Part shown: positions 35,811 to 46,792 of the stretch, piece by piece
How positions within the stretch are numbered: position 1 is the stretch's first letter
Layout: each line of letters opens with the position of its first letter
Origin: Deltaproteobacteria bacterium SG8_13
GTDB taxonomy: Bacteria; Desulfobacterota; Desulfobacteria; Desulfobacterales; SG8-13
DNA length: 64,000 bases
Direction of reading: 5' to 3'
NCBI GenBank assembly: GCA_001303025.1
Contig: LJNK01000015.1
Span: forward strand, 14,374-78,373
The notes under the pieces: generated by a model
Database searches by the model: none
Told to the model about the DNA's origin: nothing
The model's input: the letters and a program-made list of their open reading frames with translations, nothing else
Made by a program: the position numbers and the translations under genes

Positions 35811-36626
35811 TCAGTTCGATCCCGATACCGATGAGCGAAACGGATACCCTGACCGATAGCCGGGAGTTCTCTGCACTCCCGCATAGGGCAAATCAAGAAG
35901 GCTGTCGATTATGTTCAGCAGCAATTTGCCGTTTTCCAGCACGTCGTCCAGGTATTCCCGCTGGACTTCGTTGAGTTCTCCGAAATGCCGGCTCAGTATG
36001 ATTTTAGCAAAGCCGATTATATGGTTCAATGGCGTCCGCAATTCGTGGCTCATATTGGCCAGGAACTCGTTGCGCGCCCGGCTGGCTGCTTCGGCAACAT
36101 CCTGGGCCCGCATGCGCTCCTGAATTTCTTCCACGAGTTGCTGGTTGATGGTTTCCAGATCCCGGGTGCGCCTTTTTACCCGCTTTTCCAGCTCCCGGTT
36201 GTGATCTTGCAGCTTGGCCAGCAGTCGACGGTTTTCACTTTCCAGCTCAATGCGCTCCACCGCCCGCCGGACAGCCGCAGAGACCAGGTCCAGGTTTTCA
36301 AATGGCTTGAACAGGTAATCGTACGCACCGCAGCGCAAGGCTTCCACCGCTGTTTCCACCGAGGCGTAGCTGGTAATGATAATTACCTGCGTGGCCGGGT
36401 TTAGCTGCTTGATGCCCTGCAGCAACTCTATTCCGTCCAGCTCCGGCATGACAATGTCGGTGATCACCAGCGGAAATGGATCCTCTTCGAACTGTTTCAT
36501 CGCCATGCGGCCATCGGTGGCCTGGGTCGTCTGAAAGCCGTCTTCCTGCAGAACCTGCGCCAGAACCTTTCGAACGCCTGCTTCATCGTCTACGATCAGT
36601 ATGCGAACATCCCCGGGCAAATTCAT
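35811..36626 (-). CDS. REC-coiled coil-HisKA protein lacking the HATPase domain (truncated hybrid kinase)
   Basis: Receiver, then FLANMSHELRTPLNHIIG H-box; ORF ends about 25 aa after the DHp helices. Start taken as ATG 36626. Confidence 0.8.
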   Translation of the reverse strand: MNLPGDVRILIVDDEAGVRKVLAQVLQEDGFQTTQATDGRMAMKQFEEDPFPLVITDIVMPELDGIELLQGIKQLNPATQVIIITSYASVETAVEALRCGAYDYLFKPFENLDLVSAAVRRAVERIELESENRRLLAKLQDHNRELEKRVKRRTRDLETINQQLVEEIQERMRAQDVAEAASRARNEFLANMSHELRTPLNHIIGFAKIILSRHFGELNEVQREYLDDVLENGKLLLNIIDSLLDLPYAGVQRTPGYRSGYPFRSSVSGSN

Positions 36627-36715
36627 CCCTACCCCCTTTTGATGACCTGCTTGCGCGGTCGCTGACGGTCCGCACGCAGTCATCGACATTGATCCATCAA
36701 TCCGTTCGTGTCAGC

Positions 36716-38620
36716 TTATTGTTGTTTTTGTATCTTAAATACTCCGCCGCAGCTCTTGCACTTGTTTTTCAGTCCGACATGACCGGGTTGAATCCTGAAG
36801 GATTTCCCGCAATGCGGACAGCTCGATTTCATCGCCCCGACCGGGAAAGTCAACGTAAAGGATGTTCCCTCATCCGGGCTGCTGTGCAGCTGAATGTCTC
36901 CCTTGTGCTCCTGGATAATTCCGTAGCTGACCGAAAGCCCCAGCCCCGTTCCCTTGCCCACCGGTTTGGTAGTAAAAAACGGCTCGAAGATTTTGGCCTG
37001 CAGCTCTTCGGGAATACCCGGGCCGGTATCGGTTACCTGCACCGCGACCTGCCCGTTGTTGGCCGAAGTGGCCACCGTCACTTCACCGGGCCGGCCTTCC
37101 ATGGCCTGCTGGGCATTGATCATCAGGTTGATCAGCACCTGTTGAATCTGGTTGGCATTACCGGAAATGTCCGGCAGCTGTTCATCGAACTCCGAGGTGA
37201 GCTTCACTTTGTTCATTTCCAGCTGGTGTTCCACAATGGCCATCGCATCCCGGGCCACCTGGTTCAAATCGACCGGTTCGAAAGACACTTTTTCCTGTCG
37301 AGAAAATTTGAGCAGGTTCTGGATGATGTGGGTACAACGGTTGGTTTCTTTTTCGATGATCCCCAGATTGGTATAGACCGGATCGCCTTTGTCCATTTTC
37401 CGCATGGAGAGCTGCGCCAGGCCGAGAATTCCCGCCAGCGGGTTCTTGATCTCGTGGGCGATGCCGGCACCCAGCTCTCCGAACGCCGCCATCTTTTCAG
37501 ACTGAATCAAGGCCTCCTGGGCGCTCTTCAACGCTTTTTCCCGAGAGTCCAGCTCGCTGGCCATCTGGTTGAATGAGGTGGCCAGCTCGCCGATTTCGTC
37601 TCTGGAGGTAGAGGTCACCTGAATGTCGAAACGCCCCTTGGCAACGATGCGAGCTGCATCGGAGAGCCGCTCTATCGTTCGGGTCAGCAGCCGTGAGCCG
37701 AAAAGCCCGATGAGGGCAGTTGCTATCAGTAAGACCAGGGCGACAAGCGTCAGATTGTTGAGCAGCTCCCGGGCGGTCAGATAAGCGGCCGCCTTGGGAA
37801 TCTGCACCCCGGCTAGCAGGTCGGTCCCTTCGATACTGGCCAGGCCGCCGACCATGGGCTCACCGTTATGCATGTATTCATGGGTGGAGCCGAGAATCTT
37901 CATTTCGCCGACGCCCCTGACGTTCTTAACCCAGGGCACCGACTTGCGCTGGACGACCTCATCGATGCTGGAGTGCGCCAGGGCCTCGCCGTTCGACTTG
38001 ACGATGAATGTCGTAAACACCTTGGAGCGCTCAGCCAGATGCTGCAGCCCGGCCAGTCGGATCACCGCCGATGTCACCACCTTTTCTCCGCCATCGCCGG
38101 ACAATGCCTGGGAAAGCGCCAGGGTAAAAACCGGCAGGTTTTTGGCGACGGTGGCATTGGCGACGAAAACCTGGCCTTTTCGTATTTGCTTCATCGGCAG
38201 CTTCTGATGCTTCAGGGCGTCCAGAAACGCCTTTTTTTTCAGACCAGCCGAATCGAGGGCGCGGGCGTCGTACACGGTAGCCGGCTCGGCGCCGCTGACG
38301 TAAACTGTGACGGCCACGAACTCACCAAAGTCCTCGAACAGATGTTTCAGCAAGGTCGTCTTGCGATCCGGAGGCATCTCTTTTGCCAGCAGCACACGGG
38401 TAAACACCTGAAGCCGCTGCCGGTAACCGGTCAGCAATGCCCTGGTTTCCGATGCCGTGTGCACAGCCATCTCCGAGGTCAGATCACGGATATATGCCGA
38501 TTTGTCCTCATGAAACAGGTTGGCCATGGTGAAGGTGATGATGCTCACCACGCCGGTGACAATCAGCAGCAGCGCAATCAAGATTTTGAACCGAATGGAG
38601 AGTCGCAGTCCTTTTTTCAT
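36716..38620 (-). CDS. Membrane sensor histidine kinase (TM-Cache-like-TM-HAMP-HisKA-HATPase) with C-terminal zinc ribbon
   Basis: Two TMs, [54 protein letters not shown], then CPHC...CKSC. Confidence 0.93.
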   Translation of the reverse strand: MKKGLRLSIRFKILIALLLIVTGVVSIITFTMANLFHEDKSAYIRDLTSEMAVHTASETRALLTGYRQRLQVFTRVLLAKEMPPDRKTTLLKHLFEDFGEFVAVTVYVSGAEPATVYDARALDSAGLKKKAFLDALKHQKLPMKQIRKGQVFVANATVAKNLPVFTLALSQALSGDGGEKVVTSAVIRLAGLQHLAERSKVFTTFIVKSNGEALAHSSIDEVVQRKSVPWVKNVRGVGEMKILGSTHEYMHNGEPMVGGLASIEGTDLLAGVQIPKAAAYLTARELLNNLTLVALVLLIATALIGLFGSRLLTRTIERLSDAARIVAKGRFDIQVTSTSRDEIGELATSFNQMASELDSREKALKSAQEALIQSEKMAAFGELGAGIAHEIKNPLAGILGLAQLSMRKMDKGDPVYTNLGIIEKETNRCTHIIQNLLKFSRQEKVSFEPVDLNQVARDAMAIVEHQLEMNKVKLTSEFDEQLPDISGNANQIQQVLINLMINAQQAMEGRPGEVTVATSANNGQVAVQVTDTGPGIPEELQAKIFEPFFTTKPVGKGTGLGLSVSYGIIQEHKGDIQLHSSPDEGTSFTLTFPVGAMKSSCPHCGKSFRIQPGHVGLKNKCKSCGGVFKIQKQQ

Positions 38621-38641
38621 CGGCCTTTCCTCTGCACCAGT

Positions 38642-39973
38642 TTAGTATTTACTGATGACCCGCTTGGATCGGTAGGCCACGTTGTCGACGCTATCCACCG
38701 CCTCAACGACGATCACGTTCAATCCGGGTTTCAGTTTCAATTTGTATTCGAAATTGCCCGAACGGGTCGTGCTGACCCGCTGCCCGCCGACGAAAACACG
38801 GGCGCCGGGTTCGGCTTTGCCCCTCAACGTGTATCTTCCGCTATACAGCGTCTTGGGGGGAAACCGCACATTCAAAGATGGCGGCGATTGGTCCTCCACT
38901 ACCCGGAACCTGCCGGTTTCACTGAACAGTCCTTCCACCGAATCGGTCAGTGAGCTGACCTTCCAGAAGTAGTCGCCGCCTTTCAGGTTCCCGTGGCGAA
39001 AGCCGCTTTTGTTCACCTGTTCGTCGGTGACGATGTCACGAAAATGCGGATCCCTGGCCAGTACCAGGTGGTATCCCGATGCACTCGCGTTTTTCTCCCA
39101 GGAGAACCGGACCTTCGGGGGGAGGTCGCGATAGGCAAAAGTCGCACCCGACCGCGGAGCGGTCAGCCGAACCGGAGGCGGCAGGGTGCTCGGATCGATG
39201 GGCTGCCCGTCCGGGCCCACCACCGTTGCCTGGTTGGCTCCCACCAGCACAGTTTTACCGCCGGCTGCCACTTCCGCCGACCCGCCGTAAACGGCAATGG
39301 TGGAAGTTTGATCCGGGTTAATGGAGATCTTGAAATCGACCGGAGCGTCGGTTCCGGCCCCGCCCTTGGCTCTGATCATCGCACCGGGAGTACCGATTTC
39401 CAGCATCACGGAATCCTTGCCGCCGGCAGCCAGGCTGCCCCGCAGGTCGCCGTCCACCAGAACCATGAACGACCGCTTTTCACGGTACATCGGATCGTGC
39501 GTCAGACTTTTGATGATGACCAGAGAGTTCTCCCCCATGTCCAGGACGGTATTTTTGTCAAAGGTGATTTCCGCCGCCGAATTGTCCAGGGTCTGGATCG
39601 CATCCCGGTCGTAAAGAAGTCTTCCCTCTTCCGCCGATCCCCAGGCGATCGCCTCCGATGACTTGCTTTTCACCCGGTTGTGGGCCCAGGTCAATCTGGC
39701 CGCCACCGTTTTCAGTGCCCCTGCGGACAGGTCTTTCGGCGATAGTCCGCCGTCGTTGCCCGTCGACAGGGCGGCGACAGCCGGCGTTTCATGCCGAGCG
39801 ACCAACGCCCGCAAACTCTTGCCGGTGGGGAACAGAGAATTCAGCAGGTACAGGAAAAAAGAGAAAAAAACCAATACCAGCAGCACTGCCACAACGCCTT
39901 CGAACATCCGCGTCAGGAAGTTTTTCAACCGACGGGGCTGATTGTTGGTTGTTGCCGGTTTTTTCTTTCGCAT
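38642..39973 (-). CDS. Single-pass membrane FecR-domain protein with FN3-like and Ig-like C-terminal domains
   Basis: ATG 39973 after AAGGAG; basic N-tail, TM, LYDRDAIQT..SAAEITF...LDMGENS (FecR-like), F.W...Y.L...D..F (FN3-like), G.AEPGA.V...GLNVIVVEAVD (Ig-like). Confidence 0.85.
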   Translation of the reverse strand: MRKKKPATTNNQPRRLKNFLTRMFEGVVAVLLVLVFFSFFLYLLNSLFPTGKSLRALVARHETPAVAALSTGNDGGLSPKDLSAGALKTVAARLTWAHNRVKSKSSEAIAWGSAEEGRLLYDRDAIQTLDNSAAEITFDKNTVLDMGENSLVIIKSLTHDPMYREKRSFMVLVDGDLRGSLAAGGKDSVMLEIGTPGAMIRAKGGAGTDAPVDFKISINPDQTSTIAVYGGSAEVAAGGKTVLVGANQATVVGPDGQPIDPSTLPPPVRLTAPRSGATFAYRDLPPKVRFSWEKNASASGYHLVLARDPHFRDIVTDEQVNKSGFRHGNLKGGDYFWKVSSLTDSVEGLFSETGRFRVVEDQSPPSLNVRFPPKTLYSGRYTLRGKAEPGARVFVGGQRVSTTRSGNFEYKLKLKPGLNVIVVEAVDSVDNVAYRSKRVISKY

Positions 39974-39989
39974 GCCGACTGCGCTCCTT

Positions 39990-42900
39990 TTAATACGTGG
40001 CCTGGACTCGTATGAACCAGCCATGGGTGGAATAGTCGTTGTCTGCAAACTCGTCGTCGGAAAAGTCGGTGAAGTTATACCCCGCGCCCACTCCGAAGTG
40101 CTTCACCGGCCTCCACATCAGTTCGGTCAACCAGCCCTGTTTGCGGTCGTCGGCCTCCTGTTGCGACCGGAGCCGGTATTCCACCGCCAGGTCGAATTTG
40201 CGCCAGAAGTTCCAGTTCAACCGGTTGATCCACAGCAGGGTGTGGGTGGTTTGAGACGGCAGACTGCCGACCAGTTCGGTTTCGCGCTTGAAGGCCAGTT
40301 TGTCCACCCACTCCAGCGTGCGGGTGAGATCCAGTGACCATTCCACCGAGGCTACATCCGATTCGGCAGTAAACGACTCCACCTGTCCAAGCTCCTGCGG
40401 GCCCATCTGGTCCAGAAAGGTGTACTTGGCCAGGGCGTTGAACCGGTCGAATCGCACCGGCCGATAAGCCAGGCCGACGTTGAATTCGGTAAAGAAGGCC
40501 AAATCTTCATTGGTGCTGTCATCACGCGTCTGACTGTAACGGAACTTGCCCAACAGCGTGAAATCGGGATTGAGTTTGAGCTCGAGCTGGTTCGTCGTAA
40601 GGAACTGAATCTGATCCTGGCCGCCCTCGTCCTTGCGGATCTCCTCGCGGGTGCTGAACTTGAACCCGCGGGTGTGGGCGTATGAGAACCCGCCCGCCAA
40701 CGCCAGATGGGTGGAATCCTGGGGATCGCTGTCGGTGGCGGCGTACTCGCCGGACAGCAGAACGTCAAATCCCTTAAAGGCCTCCCATTGCCGCTGGGCC
40801 CCGAGCACGGACATGTTCTTGTTTCCACCGTCCGCTCGCTCCCACTGGTACTCGGAGTAAACCTTCGTGTGCTCGCCGATCGGTGCCTGGGTGCCGATAA
40901 CCGTTGTGGAGCTCTTGCCGGCGCGGTGATCCGTCATGCGCTGGTTGAGATAAAGCTCTTTATCTCCCAGCTTCAGAACGGCGCCACCTAAAACCGACTC
41001 GCCTTCGGTGCCCACTGTTCCGCTGGCCTGCAAGGCAAAGTTCGGCAGCAGCTGGTATTTGGCTGCCAGCGTTGACTGATTGTTTTTCTCTCCGCTCACC
41101 GTGTGCTGGTGTTTGAGGTTCAGCGTCAGGTCATCTGTCGGCGTCACTCGCAGGTCGGCCGCCGCCAGGGTGCTGCGATCTGCATCCGGCAGGGCTGTGG
41201 ATTGCTGATTCCGGGTCTGGGCCTCCAGGGTCAGACCCCACCAGCCGTGCTCGTGCTGCCACTGGAGCGTGCCGATGTCCTCTTCGCTCTGCGGGGCGGT
41301 GCCGGTGGCGTCGGTTTGCACCAGTTCGTATTTGCCCCGCACCGTGTCGCGGTCCGTCAACCGCATGGAAAGATTCACGCCGCTCTTGTCGGTTCCGGCT
41401 TCCAAGTAGTTGCCGTTGGCGCGGAATCCCGATTCCAGGCGCTTGTGGAAAAAACCCACCTGGTATCGATCCGGCTTGTCGAACCACTCGCCGACATCCA
41501 GCTCGAGCCCCAGTTTCCAGGCATCGCCCTCCTGGGTCCCGTTGGGTGTGACCTGGGCAAAGGTGATGCCGCCGTCGTCACTGCGGTTAACGATGCTGTT
41601 GCTACCCTGACTCGTGGCGTATTCGGCCACCATGCGTGTGTTTTTGCCAAGCCGCACCTCGGCGTCCACCCCTGTCAATTCATAGCTTTGCGAATCCAGC
41701 TCGTCCTTGACGTATGTGCCGCCCACCGCTACGTGGTCGCCGATCTGCTGGCGGACGCGACCACCGTAAGCGGTTTCTTCCAGTGAATCCTCCCGGGCCT
41801 CGTAATCGACTTCGATAAACACCGGATTGCCAGGCAGAATGTCCTGGTTGATGAGAAGGTCATCTTCTACAACGCTGGCTATCGGCCTGGCGAACAGAAT
41901 CCGCCCGCCATCGTATTTGATGGTGTAGTCGATATTCTGCTGCTGGCGTTCACGGGAGAGCACCAGGCCGGTGTTCTTGTCGCGGATGACGATGTCCACC
42001 TGCTCGCTGCCCTCGATCACCTCGCGGCGGCTCAGGTAGTAAAGCGATCCACCGGTAGCCCGCAGCTGATCGCTGACCTGCACCTGCTTTACCTCGGCAC
42101 CGAAGACGGCAACTTTGGTATCCGGGTCTCCATATTTGGTTTTGGATACCGACTGGTAGGCGACATTGACGCCGAACAGGGTCCGCTGATAGGCGGCCAG
42201 TTCGGTATCGGTCAAGCTCAACTGGTAGTTGCCCAACAGCACGTGAAATTCGTCACTGTCAATGGCCAGGTAGAGCTTGGCCCGGCTGTCGGTATCGTAA
42301 ACCACCGTGCTGGAATCGCCGTATACCGGGTAAATCTTATCCGGATCGAGATTGGTGAGCAGCCGGCTCGACTGGTTGTCGTCCAGATCCTTGAACAGGT
42401 TGCCGAACTCGTCGCGACCGGTGTCCATGGCAGCGGTAACCAGGTATTTTCCTCGAATCACACCCTTCAGGTAAAAAGCCAGCCGCCCTTCAGTGTAAAA
42501 ATCCGATTCTTTATCGGCCCCGGCTGCCTCCAGGAAACCCTTCGACTTGAGCAGGCCTAATTTGCCGTCGGCAAACGCCAGGAAGAACAGGTGGGTGTCC
42601 TTGACCTCCACCGGGCGGGTGATCGTGCCGATGCGGCCGGCCGGATCGACCGCACTGATGACCAGATCGCTGGTGCCCATCGGCAGCTTGATCACCGAAG
42701 AGAAGCTGCCGTCGGCCGCCACCGGTGCCTCCTCATCGTTGACCACCACCCGGTTGCCCGGATCGGTGACGCCGATGATCGTCAGCATCGGGTTGGTCAG
42801 CGGCACGCCCCGGGGCGGTAGCTGGACCATCAGGTTCGGGACCGGCTCGGTGGCCAGGATCAGCTGCCCGGTTTCGTCGCGATCGTTTACCGTAACGATC

Positions 42901-45900
42901 AGGTTGAGAATCCGGGTGACGCCGTCCGGGTTGCGCACCAGCAACCCGAAGGGATTGCTGCCGCGCTTGAGCTCTAAGGTGGCCTCGAAGCTTCCGTCGG
43001 GTTTGGTGCGCAGCGGCGTGCCGTCGATCTCCACCCGGTTGCCCGGTTCGGTGGCACCTTCCAGCCGGTAGGTGAGCAGCACCGCCTGCAGGTCGGCCTG
43101 CGGATCTTCGCTCCGCTTGCCGACCTTGTATTCCTCGCTTCTCGCCCCGTAGGGCAGCAGCAGCTGGTCGTTGGGTTTGAGAATCTCGACGGTCGGCACT
43201 GTAAAGCTGGTATCGAAGGACTGTCCCCGGCTGTTGATCACCTCGATGTCGAATTTCTTCATATCCAGATCTTCAAAGCGGGTAGCGAACCGGCCGTGAT
43301 CATCCAGCTCCAGGGCTTCTCCGTTGACCTTGACCGCAGCCTCCGTGCGGTACTGATCGAACACCTTGGAGCGTTCCACCTTGTCGAGCTGGCCCTTGAT
43401 CTCGATCCGGCGGTTTAAGGCACGAGTCTCCTCGGTCGTGTTGCTGGTAATCGGTCGGGATTCGCCGAACCAGCGAACCACGAAGCGATCCTCGGGCAGG
43501 CCTTCTTCTTTGACCAGGTAGTTGAGCGCAGCCATGGCCCGGTTTTTGGACAGTTCCATGTTGTAGGCATCGTTGCCCACGTTGTCGGTGTGCCCCTCGA
43601 CGACGATCTTCTCATCCGGGTATTTGCGCAGGATCGCAGCGGTTTCCTTCAACGCACTGCGGGCCTTTGCGCTGATCACCGCCGATCCGGAGACAAAGGC
43701 TTCACCGGTGAGGTTGACCGAGATCGCGTTGGTCTGGTTGATGCCGAACAGCTTCTTGGCGCTGGTGCTGCGATACTGGTAGACCTCCCCGCCGGCGATG
43801 GCTCGGTTGCGCCCGATCCGTCCGTTCCATCGGATCACCTTGGGCGGCCGTCCCTTGCCTTTGATGGTATGCATGACACCGCCCTTGGGATTCATGATCT
43901 TCAGCTTCCAGCTCTGGATGTCCTCGGGCAGCCCGGAATTCATGCTGAAGGCAATAGGCCGATCGAGTCGGTTGCCTCTGAGCTCCACCACCTCGTCCAT
44001 GTTTTCCACCATCAGGCGCACATTGTCGTTGGGGGTGGCGGCCCTCTCTCCGTTGATCAGCAGGGTCAGGGCTTCGGCATTTCCCAACACCTCGATCGGC
44101 TGCCGGGCAGCCTCGCTGTGCATGGAGATTCCCGGTTCGGCGGGTTTGCCGGTTTTCAGGGTGTCGGGCTGGTAGAGCACACCGAAATTCGCCTTGGCCA
44201 GGATACCGGGAGTGATGTTTACCACCACCGTTTCGGAGGTGGTCGTCTCGGCTGCATCGGCCAGGCTGCGAATATTGATCTTCACCAGTCGATGCCCGGG
44301 CTCCACCGCCGGGAAGTGGTAGCGACCGTATTCGTCGGTCAGGGCGTATACGCCGCTGTCCAGTGCCACCATTACGCCCGCCACGCCTTCTTCGCCTCGA
44401 TCCTGCCATCCGTTGCGGTTGTCGTCGTAAAATACCTTGCCGATGATCGTACCCAGATCGAAGATGGCATCGGCAATGACATCGACGCGGGCCTCGTCTT
44501 CGTTGGAGACGAAACAGCTGCTGCACACATCGACACCCGCCGCCCGGTTGACGTATTCGCCCGGAGTCACCCCAGACCCGGCCGTAAGCTGATAGAGGAT
44601 CAACATGTAGCCCGGCTCTCCGGGATCGGCCTGGCCGTTTCCGTTGCCGTCCACCAGTGCCGGGACCGTTCCGACGGTAAATACCAGCGGTCGGTTGGCA
44701 ACCGGATCGGCCAGTGGCGCTCCGTTCAGACGGCCACTGCCTCGAATGTATTTGAAGCCCGGCGGTATCAGGTTGCTCAGTTGCACGGATGTGACATCGG
44801 TGGTCGTCGTATTTCTCAGCTCGACGCTGTAGGTGACGATCTGACCCACCGAGACCTGATCTTTGTTGGCGTTCAGTGTGAGGTTCAGCACCTGGCCCTG
44901 GGTGAACGCCACGGAAGCGGTTTGGGCAATCGGTATCGGATTGAGAATGTCGGTCACATCGGTGGCCGTGAGGATAGAGACGCCTGGCGTAGCTGAGCTG
45001 ACCGTGAAAGTGGCGATTCCGCTGGCATCGGTAACAACGCTCACCGGCACGATATTGTCGCCGGGACGGCTGCTGGTCAGCTGAATCGTTCGGCCGGGTT
45101 CCGGGTTGCCGAGATCGTCTACGATCCGCACGTTGATCGTCGAGGTGGCGGTGCCGTCGGCCGTCACTATGCTCGGACTGGCGCTTACCGAAGACTGGCC
45201 GGCATTGACCTGGCGGATGACCACCACGGTGATGGAGTTGTCGTCAAAAGGATCGCCATCGGCATTGCCGGCTACAATCGCCTGGGGGACCGCAGCTGTA
45301 GCAGTGTCTTCTACGGTGGCCATGAAGTCGGCGCTGCCGGCCGTCGCCGGCGCATCGGCGGTAAACTGGACATTGATGTTGGCCGTAGCCACCAGCTTGG
45401 TACCCAGGGTGATGATCATATCCTGCCCGGCCGTCGCAGCACAGTATTGCCCGGCACCCGGAGCCGGGCAGTTGGCTACCAGCAGAGCGCTTGCTACCGA
45501 AACAGCGGTCACGTTCAGGTTGCTGTAACCGGCTGGTGCGCTGATCACCACCCGGTCGACGCCACTGTTGCCGCCGTTGATGTCCGGCAGCACATCGTAG
45601 TTGAACAGGTGGCCCACTTCATTTATGTCCACGCTCGTGGCATTAATCTCGGCCGTGGCAATGGTCACCGCCGGACCGCTGTCATCGTCGACAATCGTGT
45701 AGATGTGAGTACTTTGTATTGTGGTGTCGCCATTGGCATCGCCAATGACAAGCCCAACACTGGGATTAGCCAGCTGTAAATTAACTGTCTCATCGCTCTC
45801 TGCCGTTGCTTCATCGAGTATCGTCAGATTGATCGCCACGGCTGTGCCAAGGGTTCCGTCATAGTTGCCCGCGGCAATGTTCACCAAGGCGGTGTTTGTG

Positions 45901-46787
45901 AAATCATTGCCGGCACCCGGTGTGGCCGATCCGCCGATCACATTGACTTCGATGTTCTGAGCCACACTTAGTGTGCCGTTGATGAGCAGCTGCGGCAGGT
46001 TCCCACCGGTTGATTCGTTATCCGAAGCGGCGGCTGAACTAAACTCTATAAAAGCCGTTGGCGTCACGCTCACCGTGGCGCTGTCGTCGGTGCCATCCGG
46101 ATCCTGCTGGTCTGAGGCCGTCACCGCCGCGGTGTTGTCATACGGGCCGGCCGCGTTGACCGTAGCATCGATGGTCAACGTCGCTCCGCCACCGTTGTTG
46201 ACCGTGCCCACCGTCCACACGCCCGTGGCGCTGACATAGCTGCCCTGGCTGGTGGTGTTGCCCGAGTAGGTGTAGCCGACCGGCAGCAGGTCGCTCACCG
46301 CCACGTTGGTGGCCGCATCCGGGCCGGCGTTGCTCACCGTTATGGTAAAGAAGATTGCATCGCCTACGTTCGGCACCGGGTTGCTGATGCCTTTTGTAAT
46401 GCCCAAATCGGCCTGTTGTACATTTACTATCACCGTCGCATAGTCATCGCCGGCCCCGTCGTTGGGCGTCGAGTCGGTATCGCTCTGATCCGCGGCGGTG
46501 ACCTGGGCCGCGTTGGTGTAGTTTCCCGCGTTGGTGTAGTTTCCGCTGCCAAGCACGGTGGCGGTGATGCTCAAGCTGGCGTTGGCTCCGGCGGCCAGGG
46601 CGCCCACCGTCCACACACCGCTACCGGCCACGTAGCTGCCAGCGCCCGTGTCGCTCACATAACTGTAGCCGGTGGGCAGGGCATCGGTGACCACCACGCC
46701 GCTGGCATCGCTAAAGCCCGCCGCGTTCGCCACCGTGACGGTGAAGGTCACGTTGCTGCCCACCGCCGGCGCCGGGATATCCACCAC
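39990..46787 (-). CDS. C-terminal segment of giant surface protein: DUF11, Calx-beta, Big_1, SdrD_B-like, OmpA-like, Ig domains and outer-membrane beta-barrel
   Basis: DUF11 (TDALP, DLGITK), OmpA-like [22 protein letters not shown] (~43400-43700), about 870 aa of amphipathic strands ending WFIRVQATY. No signal peptide or RBS; frame continues upstream to 46811 (SIDLSVTK), so this is a frameshift continuation. Confidence 0.85.
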   Translation of the reverse strand: MVDIPAPAVGSNVTFTVTVANAAGFSDASGVVVTDALPTGYSYVSDTGAGSYVAGSGVWTVGALAAGANASLSITATVLGSGNYTNAGNYTNAAQVTAADQSDTDSTPNDGAGDDYATVIVNVQQADLGITKGISNPVPNVGDAIFFTITVSNAGPDAATNVAVSDLLPVGYTYSGNTTSQGSYVSATGVWTVGTVNNGGGATLTIDATVNAAGPYDNTAAVTASDQQDPDGTDDSATVSVTPTAFIEFSSAAASDNESTGGNLPQLLINGTLSVAQNIEVNVIGGSATPGAGNDFTNTALVNIAAGNYDGTLGTAVAINLTILDEATAESDETVNLQLANPSVGLVIGDANGDTTIQSTHIYTIVDDDSGPAVTIATAEINATSVDINEVGHLFNYDVLPDINGGNSGVDRVVISAPAGYSNLNVTAVSVASALLVANCPAPGAGQYCAATAGQDMIITLGTKLVATANINVQFTADAPATAGSADFMATVEDTATAAVPQAIVAGNADGDPFDDNSITVVVIRQVNAGQSSVSASPSIVTADGTATSTINVRIVDDLGNPEPGRTIQLTSSRPGDNIVPVSVVTDASGIATFTVSSATPGVSILTATDVTDILNPIPIAQTASVAFTQGQVLNLTLNANKDQVSVGQIVTYSVELRNTTTTDVTSVQLSNLIPPGFKYIRGSGRLNGAPLADPVANRPLVFTVGTVPALVDGNGNGQADPGEPGYMLILYQLTAGSGVTPGEYVNRAAGVDVCSSCFVSNEDEARVDVIADAIFDLGTIIGKVFYDDNRNGWQDRGEEGVAGVMVALDSGVYALTDEYGRYHFPAVEPGHRLVKINIRSLADAAETTTSETVVVNITPGILAKANFGVLYQPDTLKTGKPAEPGISMHSEAARQPIEVLGNAEALTLLINGERAATPNDNVRLMVENMDEVVELRGNRLDRPIAFSMNSGLPEDIQSWKLKIMNPKGGVMHTIKGKGRPPKVIRWNGRIGRNRAIAGGEVYQYRSTSAKKLFGINQTNAISVNLTGEAFVSGSAVISAKARSALKETAAILRKYPDEKIVVEGHTDNVGNDAYNMELSKNRAMAALNYLVKEEGLPEDRFVVRWFGESRPITSNTTEETRALNRRIEIKGQLDKVERSKVFDQYRTEAAVKVNGEALELDDHGRFATRFEDLDMKKFDIEVINSRGQSFDTSFTVPTVEILKPNDQLLLPYGARSEEYKVGKRSEDPQADLQAVLLTYRLEGATEPGNRVEIDGTPLRTKPDGSFEATLELKRGSNPFGLLVRNPDGVTRILNLIVTVNDRDETGQLILATEPVPNLMVQLPPRGVPLTNPMLTIIGVTDPGNRVVVNDEEAPVAADGSFSSVIKLPMGTSDLVISAVDPAGRIGTITRPVEVKDTHLFFLAFADGKLGLLKSKGFLEAAGADKESDFYTEGRLAFYLKGVIRGKYLVTAAMDTGRDEFGNLFKDLDDNQSSRLLTNLDPDKIYPVYGDSSTVVYDTDSRAKLYLAIDSDEFHVLLGNYQLSLTDTELAAYQRTLFGVNVAYQSVSKTKYGDPDTKVAVFGAEVKQVQVSDQLRATGGSLYYLSRREVIEGSEQVDIVIRDKNTGLVLSRERQQQNIDYTIKYDGGRILFARPIASVVEDDLLINQDILPGNPVFIEVDYEAREDSLEETAYGGRVRQQIGDHVAVGGTYVKDELDSQSYELTGVDAEVRLGKNTRMVAEYATSQGSNSIVNRSDDGGITFAQVTPNGTQEGDAWKLGLELDVGEWFDKPDRYQVGFFHKRLESGFRANGNYLEAGTDKSGVNLSMRLTDRDTVRGKYELVQTDATGTAPQSEEDIGTLQWQHEHGWWGLTLEAQTRNQQSTALPDADRSTLAAADLRVTPTDDLTLNLKHQHTVSGEKNNQSTLAAKYQLLPNFALQASGTVGTEGESVLGGAVLKLGDKELYLNQRMTDHRAGKSSTTVIGTQAPIGEHTKVYSEYQWERADGGNKNMSVLGAQRQWEAFKGFDVLLSGEYAATDSDPQDSTHLALAGGFSYAHTRGFKFSTREEIRKDEGGQDQIQFLTTNQLELKLNPDFTLLGKFRYSQTRDDSTNEDLAFFTEFNVGLAYRPVRFDRFNALAKYTFLDQMGPQELGQVESFTAESDVASVEWSLDLTRTLEWVDKLAFKRETELVGSLPSQTTHTLLWINRLNWNFWRKFDLAVEYRLRSQQEADDRKQGWLTELMWRPVKHFGVGAGYNFTDFSDDEFADNDYSTHGWFIRVQATY
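46508..46544. repeat. Perfect 18-bp tandem duplication (CGCGTTGGTGTAGTTTCC x2) encoding [12 protein letters not shown]
   Basis: Directly visible in DNA and protein inside a DUF11 domain. Confidence 0.9.
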
Positions 46788-46792
46788 CTTCG

